This document shows positions 49,026 to 60,806 of a DNA stretch of 64,000 nucleotides, piece by piece. The DNA comes from Pseudovirgaria hyperparasitica (taxonomy: Eukaryota). Under the pieces are notes generated by a model. That model was not told the DNA's origin. It worked only from the letters and a program-made list of their open reading frames with translations, and ran no database searches. Each line of letters begins with the position of its first letter. Within the stretch, counting starts at the first letter, position 1. The DNA lies in assembly GCA_010093815.1 (NCBI GenBank), contig ML996582.1. One strand, 5' to 3'. A program made the position numbers and the translations under genes.

Positions 49026-50693
49026 ATCTGTCTTGACGTCAATCAGACGTGGAATGTAATGATGCAGCATGCATAAGATGACATACAATACTCACGACGT
49101 AACGAATAAAAACTTCAATATTGGTCTTCTGTTAACAGCTTATCAATATCAAACCCAATCACAAACCGCCACCCTCCCTTTCGCTCCACTCACTCCATCT
49201 CACCACACTACACCAACACCTCCAGCCATGTCCCAGCTCTCGTCTCCCCTGCCCACCCAAACTCACCCCCCAAAGAAAGCAAAACCAAACCAATCAAACC
49301 CACCCAACCGCCCTCAAAAACAGCAACTCTAGCTCACCCCGTCCATCGTCGAACTTCGTACCTCTCCGCCCGTCGTACTCCGACAGCCATGATAACGCCA
49401 GGACACCTCCTCAGGATCCACTCTCCACCCAAAATACACCCTTCATATCCACTCTCCCCACCGAAAACCCACCTCGCCAAGCCCCCTCTTCCTAACAATC
49501 TCACACAATTTCACACAGTAATGTAAGAACCTCACAAATAAATCTCACACCATAATCTCATATATCATGCACTGCCCAAATCAGGCACGGAGTATCCGCC
49601 CTCCGTGCCGGATATGTACTAGCTCAAGTACAGTCATAATTATAGTTGTAGCTTTTTTTTTGGCTTCCCCCCGGATGTAGTTAATTTAATACTAGCTGTA
49701 CATAGTATCTATTTCCGGACCGGACCTATGGTTCTAGAAGCCGGGATGTGTGTGCTACTGTTACGGGTATTTGCGCCGATTAGATTGCGGCGGCGGGGAT
49801 TTAGGGAGGGGGGACCCGGGGCGACGCGTGGGCTGTGTATGATGATAATGAAGGTGAAGTTGGTGGGCGAGTTTGGTGCGTGGGCGTGCTGGTGAGTTGA
49901 GTAGATTGGATTGATTAGATAGATGGGGTCTTTTGTGGGGTTGTGTATGTGTATGTTTGTCGGTGTGAGGTGTGAAGGTTGGGATTGATGGGTCATGGAT
50001 GGAATGGGTGGATGCATGCATGCATCGCCGGAGTACTCCGGATTTAGACGCGGGAAGGATTGCGGCGCGGCGGTGGTGCGGTCTGGCGTGCGGTGTGGGG
50101 TTTGGGGAGGCATGGTTTAGGTTGTTTTTCGGGATGGGATGGGTTGTGCGTGTGTGTTACAGTATGTGTTTGGGGAGGATTATATGCTGTACTGTTGCTA
50201 TCGTGCTTTGTGGATTTATTTAATCGCAGAGGGAAGGGAGATAGTGGACGGGAGAAGTTGAGGCATGTAAGACTGGAAGATGGATCGATGGATTGATGGA
50301 AGGCGTGAGACAGAGTGTGTATCCGCTATCAGGCATGGAAGAGGTGGCTATAAGTTTGGTATGGAGAGGGGCGTTAGTGCCATGTGCGACGACGACGACC
50401 GGGTTGTGAAGACGGGATGTGTCTGGGTCCGGGTCCCGGACTTGAAAAAGCAGAGATTGTGTTTTGGCGCTCTCATGAGATGGACATGGATGAGCAAAGC
50501 GAAAGTATATTGTATGCGCTATCATATATGAGGTAAGGACTGTGGTTGCTATTGTTGTTGCTATCGTCGTCAAATGTCCCCCTGTCGCCCGCCAACTCAC
50601 TATCTCCTATTCACCATACCACACGCCTGCTCACCCATTCCCGCCATCATCCAATGACTACTATCGGCGCCCTCCACTTCAACTTACTACCCC

Positions 50694-53600
50694 CTAATGA
50701 CTACATGCCTTCTCAATCGTCTCCGTTGGCGAAAATGTCATCGTCCTCTCCAGCCCAGCCCTGGCCTCTGCATCCGCCTCCGTCAACACCTCATTCCGGC
50801 CACTTGCAATGCCAAAACGTCTCTTCACCGCCTTCCAGCTCTCTACAAGCGCAACATACACAACAAGGCAGGCGACCACGACGCCCCATTCCCACGTCAG
50901 TCCGCTATGCTTAAACACCTCACGATTGACCACGGGTAAGTAGACTACGGGAAACGAGATCGCAAATCCCGCCATGACGGCCCAGAACAGGAATCTATTA
51001 TGCCAGATCGTCGGGAAGATGCTGAACGGCCCAGCGTGCAGTTTGGGATTGAGGTTGAACAGTGACCGCGAGAAATGCTTGACTTCCCAGGCCGTGACCA
51101 GCAGTAGCCATGTCAGCGTCGCATATGTGGTTGATCGAGCGCGGAACACGATGTCGCAGGTCGCGTTGTAGCCATCATTACAGTCATGTCCTAGATCGCC
51201 TCCGCCGGCGCCGTATGCGACGGAAACGAAGGATACAAGACAAAGCGAACCCATGAAGAAGCCGTAGATGAATTTATCCGTGATGAGCTCGCGGGTAAAT
51301 ACGCCAATGCGGAGGTCCTGTGGAGCGCGGTACATCACATCGAGTTGCGCTTCCTCGAGCCCAAGACCAATTGCCAGGAACGAGGACGTTACAAGATTGA
51401 CCCACAGAATCTCAAGCGGGGACAGCGGGAATGTAGAGTTCCCTTGAGAGTCCTTAAACGCGAGGCCAATAAGCAGAAGAAGCACCTGTGCGATATTCGA
51501 GATGAGCAGATGCATAAGGAATTTCTGGATGTTGTCGAATAGTCGCCGGCCTTCCTCGACGGCTTTGACTATAGACGCAAAGTTGTCGTCGGTGAGAACC
51601 ATATCAGCAGCATCTTTGGCGACGTCGCTACCTGCGAGGCCCATGGCGATGCCAACGTCCGAGCGTTTGAGAGCGGGCGAGTCGTTGACACCGTCGCCGG
51701 TCATTACGCAGTATGCGCCGCGGCGATGCATGGCCTCAACCACCCGGGCCTTTGTTGTAGGGCTACATCTGGCGATTACGAGCGGAAGGGAGGGCATGGC
51801 GTCTATCTCCTGCTCAGTGAGCTTGTCGAAATGGGCGGCCGGCATAATGGCGGTGCCGCTGGAAGAGCTGGGCATGTGCGGGCCTAGGATGCCAACATCA
51901 TATGCGATTGCAGTGGCGGTCTTGATGTGATCCCCTGTGAGCATGTGTACGCTAATTCCTGCCATCTGACATTTTCTCACAGCACCAGCTGTCTCGAGAC
52001 GCGGGGGATCGTAAATTCCAATCAGGCCGGCGAAGGATAACTGTGTCTCCACGTCTTCACGCTGATAGCTTTGAGTGGTCGAGCTGTGAAGGGGTAGATC
52101 GCGATGCGCAATACAAAGGACTCGGAGACCTTCTTCGGCCATCTTCTCCGCCATTGACATTATCTCGGCTTTCATGTCCTCTGTAGCGTCCAGAAGAGGT
52201 AGGATGACTTCGGCCGCTCCCTTAGTGTGAACCTTGATGACTCCGGTCTTGCTGCCATATACCACGGACATTCTCTTTAGCGTCGAGTCAAAAGAGAATT
52301 CGGAATACCATTTCAAGTCTTGTTTCTCTAGTAGAGGAGCCTTTCCATAACCAAGACGGAGCGCCAGCACGTGTAATGCGATCTCTGTGGGTTCTCCGAT
52401 TGCTTTCCACTCTTCGGTAGGACCTATGGACGATGAGATGGAATCTTCACTCATGCAATACACCTGTGATAGATTGCAAAGAGATATTGTAGTCATGATG
52501 CCAGTCAGTTCCGAGAGCTCGGGTGTCTTCTCGGTTCCCAGGTTAGTGTCATTCAATTTGACGTGTCCGTCGGAAGGATTGAATGGGTCTGTTGTATCAT
52601 GCACAGTGAGAATGCCGGCTCTAGGAATCCAAGCTTTGCGAGCAATCATCTTGCCCTGTGTCAAAGTCCCTGCGTAGTGTCAGTACACGGAACAGTTAGT
52701 TACACATGTTCTCTTACCCGTCTTGTCAGAACAAATATTAGTGACTCCTCCCACGGCTTCTAGAGCCGAAAGTTTACGAACGATAACATTGCCCTTGGCC
52801 ATAGCCTTCGTGCCAACCGCCATGGTAATAGTCAACACGGCAATAAGAGACTCGGGGATGACAGCGACAGCGACGCATATACCATAGAGCAATACTTCAC
52901 CACTGACATCCCAGACGTTCGCAGAGAACACTATGATCGCTAGAAGAATGGCCAATCCGAAGAGCAGTAACGCAAACTTGCTGAGTTTAATTTGGAGTGG
53001 AGTTCCCACAAGACCTAAGATGGTTTTCAAACCGTCCTTAAAGGATCTAAATGCATCATCGATGGCGCTCGAGTCGTCCTCGCGGACTTTCTCATCGCGG
53101 AGCAGATCCGCTATCTTGCCTACTTCAGTCCTCATACCGGTGGAGACAACTATACCAGTTGCGCGTCCAGCTGTCATATTGCTCGCAGAGTATGCCATGT
53201 TGGTACGATCACCTAGCGGGAGTTCTTCCTCGGTCAGGGTGAGGTTCGGATTCTTCTGAACTGGTAGTGACTCTCCTGTGAGCAGCGATTCGTCCGTAGA
53301 GACGTTCAAGCCACTTGTAAGGCGAAGATCGGCAGGCACAATGTCTCCAACGTTCAGTTGAACGATATCACCGATGACGAGGAGCTCTGCCTTTACCTCT
53401 ATGGTCTGACCATCGCGAATAACTTTGGATATGGGTGCAGACATGTCTCTTAGGCTCATGATCTGTTTTTCGGCTTTATAATCTTGAACGAATCTAACAA
53501 CGCGATCAGTCTGGTTCACACAACTGTTACGCATAGCTCAACTTACCCAACGACAATGTTCAGAGAGATCACTGCGGCGATGACGCCACCCTCAATGTAA

Positions 53601-54076
53601 TCATTGATAGCGAAGCTCAGAGCCATAGTAATCACAAGAACAAGCGTTAGACTGTTTGATACTTGTCTTAACAGAATTTTCCACAGGGAAAGCCCGCCAG
53701 CTCCCTCCACCTTATTAGGGCCATCTCGTGCAAGGCGAGATGCAGCTTCGGCACTGCTAAGTCCATTTCTGATAAGCAGTCAGTCTTTTGCAAATACCTG
53801 TATATGTGGGCGAATAACATACTCGATATCGACTACGAGGGCTTCAGCGACTCTCTTGCTGTCGTATATGTGAGCGAGCTTATAGTGCTCAGTCCAATCT
53901 CCGATGATTGATTCAGACTGATAGTCACGTTTCTTTGGAGGGAGATCTGCCCCTTTGCTAGTCTCTTGTTGAAGATGAGAATTCTTGTTTCGGTCTGATT
54001 TATCTGCGGCTGGGTGTAGGCCACATATAGGAGGTTCAGTCGACTCCTCGACGTTAAGTTGACCAGCTTCTTCCAT
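50694..54076 (-). CDS. ENA1: P-type IID Na+/K+-efflux ATPase (ENA family); exons 54076-53823, 53768-53547, 53493-52718 and 52669-50694, about 1075 aa
   Basis: 'TGES', 'IPESL', 'CSDKTGTLTQGKM' (split by an intron), 'MLTGD', 'MTGDGVNDSPALK', 'GRRLFDNIQKF' and the ENA-type 'FPLSPLEILWVN'. Confidence 0.92.
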
Positions 54077-54318
54077 TCAATATCGAACGGCGCTGAGAAA
54101 AGACCAGGGGAACCAGGTACCAATGATTGAAGCAAAGCGTGGGTAAACTGTGTGAAAACGGTCGAAGAACAACCGGAGAGGTGTTGCCGAAGCCAAAGCC
54201 TACCTGGGGATGCAGGAAGGAGCCTGATATACCCGTGACCTGGGCCCCAGAGGACGAGGTTTGCCGTCTACTGGTGTTTGTCATTGCATGCATGCCGCCT
54301 TGGAGAATCACACGTGCC

Positions 54319-54715
54319 CTTGGCTTCATGCTCAGCAAACCCCACCTTGTACGACGTCCTGCCAGTGAATGAGCTCGCTGCTCGCAAACCTAGTCTGGAT
54401 CGTTACGCAATCAAGATTCTCGAATCCTTCACTATGCCAATTTTGGTATTCTCCAAGAGGTTCGTCCCATCAAGTGAAGAGGATTCGTGGGGCTTGCCAT
54501 TCCACCATTACTTGGCTGCTTGGCGTCTGTTTTCTAGTCCTTTTGCCGTTCGCCACGATGCAAGCCGGGAGTAAGTGGAAGTGTACGTCAGTGCCAATGT
54601 TACATCACTACTTTTGGTGAGTCGTTGGGCAGCGGACATATCATGGTTCTAGCGGAGTGGAATTGAGGCCTTGGATTCGGCCAAGAGAACGTCCGCTGGT
54701 GGAGGGAAAGCCAAG
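54319..54715. promoter_or_regulatory. Cluster of five PacC/Rim101 consensus sites (GCCAAG) upstream of the ENA gene
   Basis: CTTGGC at 54319, 54511 and 54519; GCCAAG at 54680 and 54710. Confidence 0.6.
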
Positions 54716-55098
54716 AGAAGTGGTGGAATGTCGGGTGGTACTGGTGGTGGATCCGATGACTGCGTAGTTTTGATACTGCCTTTTGCAGGTAGTAGTAGTA
54801 GCAGTAATTAGTAGTGTGTGACTGTGTGTACTAATCCATGAATATCAGCCACAGGTAGTCAATCACGGCAATAATGACCAGGCTGAGGGTGAGCTGTGGT
54901 TATGATTATTTTCTATGGTCTATCCCGCTGAGCCTTGCCTTGAACGCCGTTAGCCCACATGCTGCAACTCGCAAAACTCCAATTCGCTTCCGTTCGACGT
55001 TACTCCGACCGGTCCAGCCGGAGTCTGGTATAAGTAGGAAAACTGTTTGCATGCTCGCTCCTATAATTAATGCGCATAGCTCAAACTCTAGAACCGCC

Positions 55099-56249
55099 TC
55101 ACCCTGATTTAATCCTCTGTCGTCCCCTCCCTGCTTCCTCGTGCTTCTTTTGGTTCCATTGCCACTCGAGTAACACAGGCAGAAAGTACCACAAATCGAA
55201 TTCGGGCCATAGACAACTCAGAAAGACAATTGTCGTGTTCTCGTGGCACTGCCAGAGCATGAAATCGCTTAGACGTTCCACGCCTGACGTGCGTACCAGT
55301 AGGTCTAGCGGTGGGTTGTCCGCAGTGAACATGTGCGAATCAAGTATTGAGACATCAATGGACTCTGGGTCTGGGAGAGAGTCGCGGTGCTTATGTGTCG
55401 CGCTGGGATTAGTGGAGGTCGTAGACACATTGAGTGTGCTGGATGAAGCAATCGAGTCGTGCTCGTTGTCCTTGTCACTTTCCTCGAGTGGCGATTGTGT
55501 GCGAGACACATCTTGAGGTTCTGGACTTGGCGACTCTTCCACCACAGTAGACAGCTGCGCGGCACGAATGTTGCGCGTGATATGTGTTTCTGAAAAGGGG
55601 CGTTTCAAGGTCGGGCGGGTGGGCTTGTTATAGCTGACCACGGTATCGCGGATTGCTGTGGTGATCTCGTTGCGCGAAGTGTAAGGGAAGCAGACATTTA
55701 AGACGGCTTTGGTATTGTGAGAGGTCATGGCAACGGCTCTGTCGATAGCTTCGAGGACATCAGGCTTGACGAGGTCACGCTGACCAAGAACGCGCACACA
55801 GGCACCGTAGCGATCTAGAAGATCGCCGTGTTGCGCAAGCTGCACGAGCTTGACTCTGGCCATCTCCATGAGCGCATCCACTTCGTATTTGGAACGGTTG
55901 AAGTTCTCGATCGAGAATGCGTAAATGGTGACCACCTTGACACCGGATTTGTAGCATACTTCGAGGACCTGCAGGTTGAGTAGGGTTAGTCTTGATATAT
56001 GGCTACAGGTCTGTATATGAGAGCCGCTACCTTTGCCAAAGCTTCAAAGCCCAAATTATGCCCTTCGACAGTCTCTATATGATGTGTTTTGGCAAACCGC
56101 CTATTTCCGTCCATGACAAAAGCGACATGCTGAGGTATAGGTCCTTGTCTTAAAGCTCCTATAAGTAGCTCGCGTATGCGGTGCAAGGCCCATTCTGCTG
56201 GAGGTGATTGTAGAAACCAGTTGCGGATATGCGACAGGTGCAGGGACAT
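55099..56249 (-). CDS. RER2: cis-prenyltransferase (dehydrodolichyl diphosphate synthase, Rer2/Srt1-like); exons 56249-56031 and 55968-55099
   Basis: 'PQHVAFVMDGNRRFA', 'VTIYAFSIENFNRS', 'LNVCFPYTSR', 'DLLVRTSGVERLSDFMLWQ' and 'LWPEF'. Confidence 0.9.
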
Positions 56250-57134
56250 TCTGAGGTGAAATTCCAGTGGGCACCCAGGAGATAAGTATATGTGTTTTCA
56301 AGGTAGGAGCTCGATCATTGTCGTGCGCGAGTAGGCTTATGGAATATATATCAAGCGAATGAGGCTCAGTCCGTGTTATTACGCAAAAGACAGGACGGGC
56401 CCAAGGAAGTTGTCGTCAATTAGGTGAGGCTGTGAAGAGTGGCCAAGGTACCGACAGGCCATGCTTGCCAAAATGTTGGCCCAGTGGCCCCAGCCTGCAG
56501 CCCCGGTAACAACGACTGAGAGGGTTTAGCTGCAGAGACGTTTACGCGGCGTGACGAATTAGCCTCAATGCACCGCCACAACTTCCATAGATCCGAAGCG
56601 CCTTATATTGACGTAATATCTGCTTGATAAGTTTCTCTACAAGTGAAGTCTGCCCTTCACAGCAGAGTGCAAGTCTACTTAGACCGACTTGCTCAATTGA
56701 TCGCTCTCACTGCCCTGACAGCCTATATTTTATCCCGGTAAGGCCTCGGTATCCTAATCCCTTCTGCGCCATGTGTCATGTTAGCTTTCGTCACCCCAAC
56801 GAATCATATCGATCTCTCGATATTATGTTTCATTCAGATGTCTATTGCTAGATCTAATATGCATGCACACAGCATTGGAATTCTCTGGCCTACGCCGACC
56901 CACCTGATGCAGCACGAACCACTGTCCAGACCCTTGCACAAGTGCACAGATAGAGGCCTTGAAAATCATTCTTACGCCTGCGGAGTTATCTAAAACAGAC
57001 GAACGCCGAAACATGACTCAAAAAGGACAAGGTCAGAGGCCAGACTGAGAGAGAGAGAGACGACGCCGGAAAATGCTGGGGGTATGTTCGATAAAGACGA
57101 GTGGTATTCAACAGTCGTAAGGGTATTGAAGAGA

Positions 57135-59144
57135 CTATGGTTCTGCGCCGTCAGGTCTTATCGCCAAGGAGTGGCCTGGGACGGTCCATCTGTGTTCATA
57201 TGTTAGACTATGATCAAGAGAGTGTTGTTCGGTCAATCACATACATCTTGACTTTGCCATCATCGCCTGCAGACGCAAAGACGAGTGGATCTATAGGATG
57301 CCAAGACACGGCATTGACGCAACCCCTATGAGCCTCGATGATCTCAACTAGGCCCAGCCCTGACGTTCGCCAAACGTATATTCGGTTGTCTACTGGTGTC
57401 AGCCAAAGAGCTATTGATTACGAATATACTTACCTTCACTTCCGCTGACCACGAAAGTTTCTGAGGCACCACCAAAATTACTCCGTATAACAAAGTTCTC
57501 TTGTGTGTGGCCTATGAAGTTTCTAACAGTATCCCCGGTGTCCAGATCGATCAGCTTCGTTTTGTTGTTGTTTACGCTCACGAGGAGAGTCTTGGAGTCA
57601 CGACTGATGTTCACTGAAGTGATTCTGACACCATCAAACACCCAGTCTCGCACTTTCCCTCGTGTGACGTAGTCATAGACAAATATTCGGCCAGCCGTAC
57701 CGTTTGTGGCTACCACAAGTCGTTCCCCATCAGGGGATATAGCGAGATCATCAACGCGGAGGTGCTCCTCTTTCCATTGATGTATTTTGACTCCCTTCTT
57801 AGTATCCCACATAATCAGTGCATTCTCCGCGTCCTGTGAGCCAGTCACGAAGGACTCGCCGTTAGGTGCCCATGCTGCACTCATTACTGGATATGTGAAG
57901 TCTGTCATTTCAAGTAGGACCATTTGAGTCTGTACCTTGTCAGCACATATCCGGTGATCAGAACGTCTTGAGCTTACTCCCACGTCCCACATACGTGCAG
58001 TCGTGTCTGATCCCTGCTCCTGGGTGCACGTTATCAGTTTTGTGTCGTCGGGACTCCATGCGAGATAGCAAACGCCACCCTCGTGCTCGAGCTCCATGAG
58101 CACGGATTGTGAACATGTATCATATATGATAACTTTACCATCTTTGCCGGCTGTAGCCAGTCTGGAACCGTTGTGAGAATATTGTAGATACCATACTTCA
58201 TCCATGTGATCAGAGAGTGTCACATCAAGCTTTCGCGGAAAGTCGCCATGGTCGCATACATGGTCGACATAGAGGGACGGCGACGCAGATGTATTGTGGT
58301 ACAGACAACTTGAAACCCAGCTGCTTTTGACAGTATCCAAGAGTATCGCAAGCCTATGCTCCGGAATCATGACACTTGGAGAGATGCGTTTGGACAGCTC
58401 TGACAACAAGTGCTTTCGAGACTGCCCTGCGGCGCCGTCCCATTGCGCGTATTGTCTCAAATCTTCAGCAGATCCACACATCATGAGACTTGAGAGGCTG
58501 TGGAGCCGCGATACATCTTGGTGCAAAGGTGTGAGTTCTTGTCGAAGTACCATTAGCGCTGCGCCGATATCCCGCTGCTCAAGGAGCTCCAGATACTTCT
58601 GCTGCCTCATCCAGAATCTCATTTCGTTCTTATCTGCGCTCTCTGCTAGAGTAAGACCTTTCGTATAGTTCTTGGAGTACCAGGATGATTTAGCCGCCTT
58701 GCCATTAGATTTGCCAAGTGGAGGACCGTCTTCATAAAGGCTCACCCCATCACTATGCAGTCCAAATAGTAGGGCCTCTGCCTCAGCCCATTCGCCACCG
58801 AGCACAGCGCTACGAAATGCTGCAACAGTTGGACCCTCAAGCTCATAGCCACTTTCGCTTATCAGAGACTCTGCCGCATTATGATATCCAAGGTCTGACA
58901 AACTCTGGATTAGTATTCGAGTCACTTCTTCTCGATCGTGTCCAAAGAATGTCTCTGTTCTGCGGAGTCTCGCTGAGGCGCCATTTGTATGCGAGATGGA
59001 CCCGTTACTTTCCTCTTTGGTGGAACTACCGTTAGCGATCTTCCCAAGCCTAACGGTGCGATCTGGAGACCGCATACCTGATCCATTCGAGTACGATTGT
59101 GAGGGAGATTGTAAACTTCTTGAAGCATCGATTTCAGGACGCAT
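57135..59144 (-). CDS. GID7: WD40 protein with LisH/CTLH, GID/CTLH complex subunit Gid7/WDR26; introns 57977-57930, 57433-57390 and 57244-57190; true start may lie upstream
   Basis: 'FFGHDREEVTRILIQSL.DLGY', 'QQKYLELLE', 'ISPSVMIPEHRLA.LL', 'CLYHN..PSLYVDH.C', 'H.DEVW' and WD repeats ending 'FASAGDDGKVKIW'. Confidence 0.88.
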
Positions 59145-60806
59145 CGTCTCTTCCTCGGCTCGCCTCCGCTTTGGCTGCTTGTTTGAGGACCCGCCCCTAC
59201 GGGAAGTGCGGATACTCCGCTCAGACCCAGACGTGGAGCTGTCAGAGAGACTGCGTGGGCGTTTATTGGACGGCCGCAATCCAAGGGATTCCGGCGGTAA
59301 GTTCTGGGAGGAGATGCGAGAGGTTTGGGAAGGGTTTGATTGGTTGGTTGGTGCTGAGAATTCTTGGGAAGTAGAAGATCGGGAGGTCGTGAGGGCTGGG
59401 TGGTCGGAGGTGGATGGGGCAGGAAGGCGGGAATGAATCTCGTCGGCCAGGACGAAGCTTGAGGGATCGTTTGCGATATCGCAGAACGGATTGCTTAAAG
59501 ATAATGGTTGTGGAGGAGCCGTAGCTTCACAGGATAACAGCTACATGCGAAGCTATTAACCTGGCCGATCTGTAGGCGTCGGAGGGGGAAGCCTGATTCG
59601 TAGGTACGGTTTCTGTTCGAGTATCAGCGTAGGTACGACAACGAGTGGTTTCGTATCCCGGATCGTTACCAGGCACCTAAGTAGCAAACTGATCTATGGG
59701 TGGACGTCTCGGCGTCTAGAGCACAGGGCGATGTCAACGGACTACGACACTGGAGACGACAGGGTGCTGGAACGAATAATGGAGAACTGAGGTGTCTGGT
59801 AGCAAAGGCGACTGTTCGAATGTCAAAAGAGCTCATAGGTGCCTTCAGTCAAGGCTCATGAGTGTGTAGTTGAGGTGGTCGATGAGGTCCAGAGTTAAAG
59901 GTTCTGGGAGCTGGCTGCAGCTAGCCTGATATGAGAGTCCCACGGCCGAATCGTTCCGCCGATGTCAGATGGCCAAGTATAGTCAGTCGCTCTCCGGGTG
60001 ACAGTGTTCACCGCTGTCCTGTCAAGTGTTATGCCTCCCAAATTTGGACTACAGTGAATCACCGAGACAAAGATAGAGCTAGAAAGATAAAGAAGACTAT
60101 GAGCTCATTTACATTCCGTTGCTGTCAAGGTCGCCGTAACGGGCCCAGCAAGACCAATTTAGTGGGGTATTTGGCTAACGTGCCACGGAGAGGTCCACTA
60201 TAGGTAGAAGCAGTCTTTCGCTTTGTTTGTATACCGACTCTAGATGAAGAGAATATGATAGGTATTACTTCTACTGGTCCTTCGGTCGAAATGGATGGTA
60301 CACAGTGACATGTTGTAGTATCAGACACTTATTCCCAGCTTGCATCTGATAGATCCATGCACGTACATCTTGGACCGGCCCCTCTTACCCACATCAACCC
60401 TGGAAGTCGTAGACGGCTAAAGAAGAATTCCCGCTTGCAATTCCGTGATAGTGATGCCTAAGCATATGCTGTTTATATTGTTAAAGTTTCTGGAATCACA
60501 TATACAGCTGCCAAGTTGATCATTACCTGCAGTGTGAGGAGGAAGTATGGAAGATATTAGCTAGACCAAGGATCCTGCAGTAAGACCGAGTCGTGATAAC
60601 CTGTGCGCATGTACATGCCTAGAAGTCCGCAATCGTCAAGAACGTCCGCTCGCTCTTACATACGACTGAGGGTTGTGAAGACAATTCACAGTGCTATCCT
60701 TTTCTATACTTCAGTGACGAGATCAATCTGACGTACTCTTGGTCATCGAATCTCGAGGTCTATAATGTGCTAATTTGCAGGTTCCCGGCCGAGCGATCGC
60801 ACGATC

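Noticed and set aside
57048..57060. (GA)n run and the 12-bp duplication near 23680-23703
   Set aside because: Ordinary microsatellite or slippage with no further structure.
57930..57977. In-frame read-through segment in the GID7 ORF as coding sequence
   Set aside because: It has GTAAGC, GCTGAC and CAG signals and interrupts a WD repeat; best explained as a 48-nt intron.
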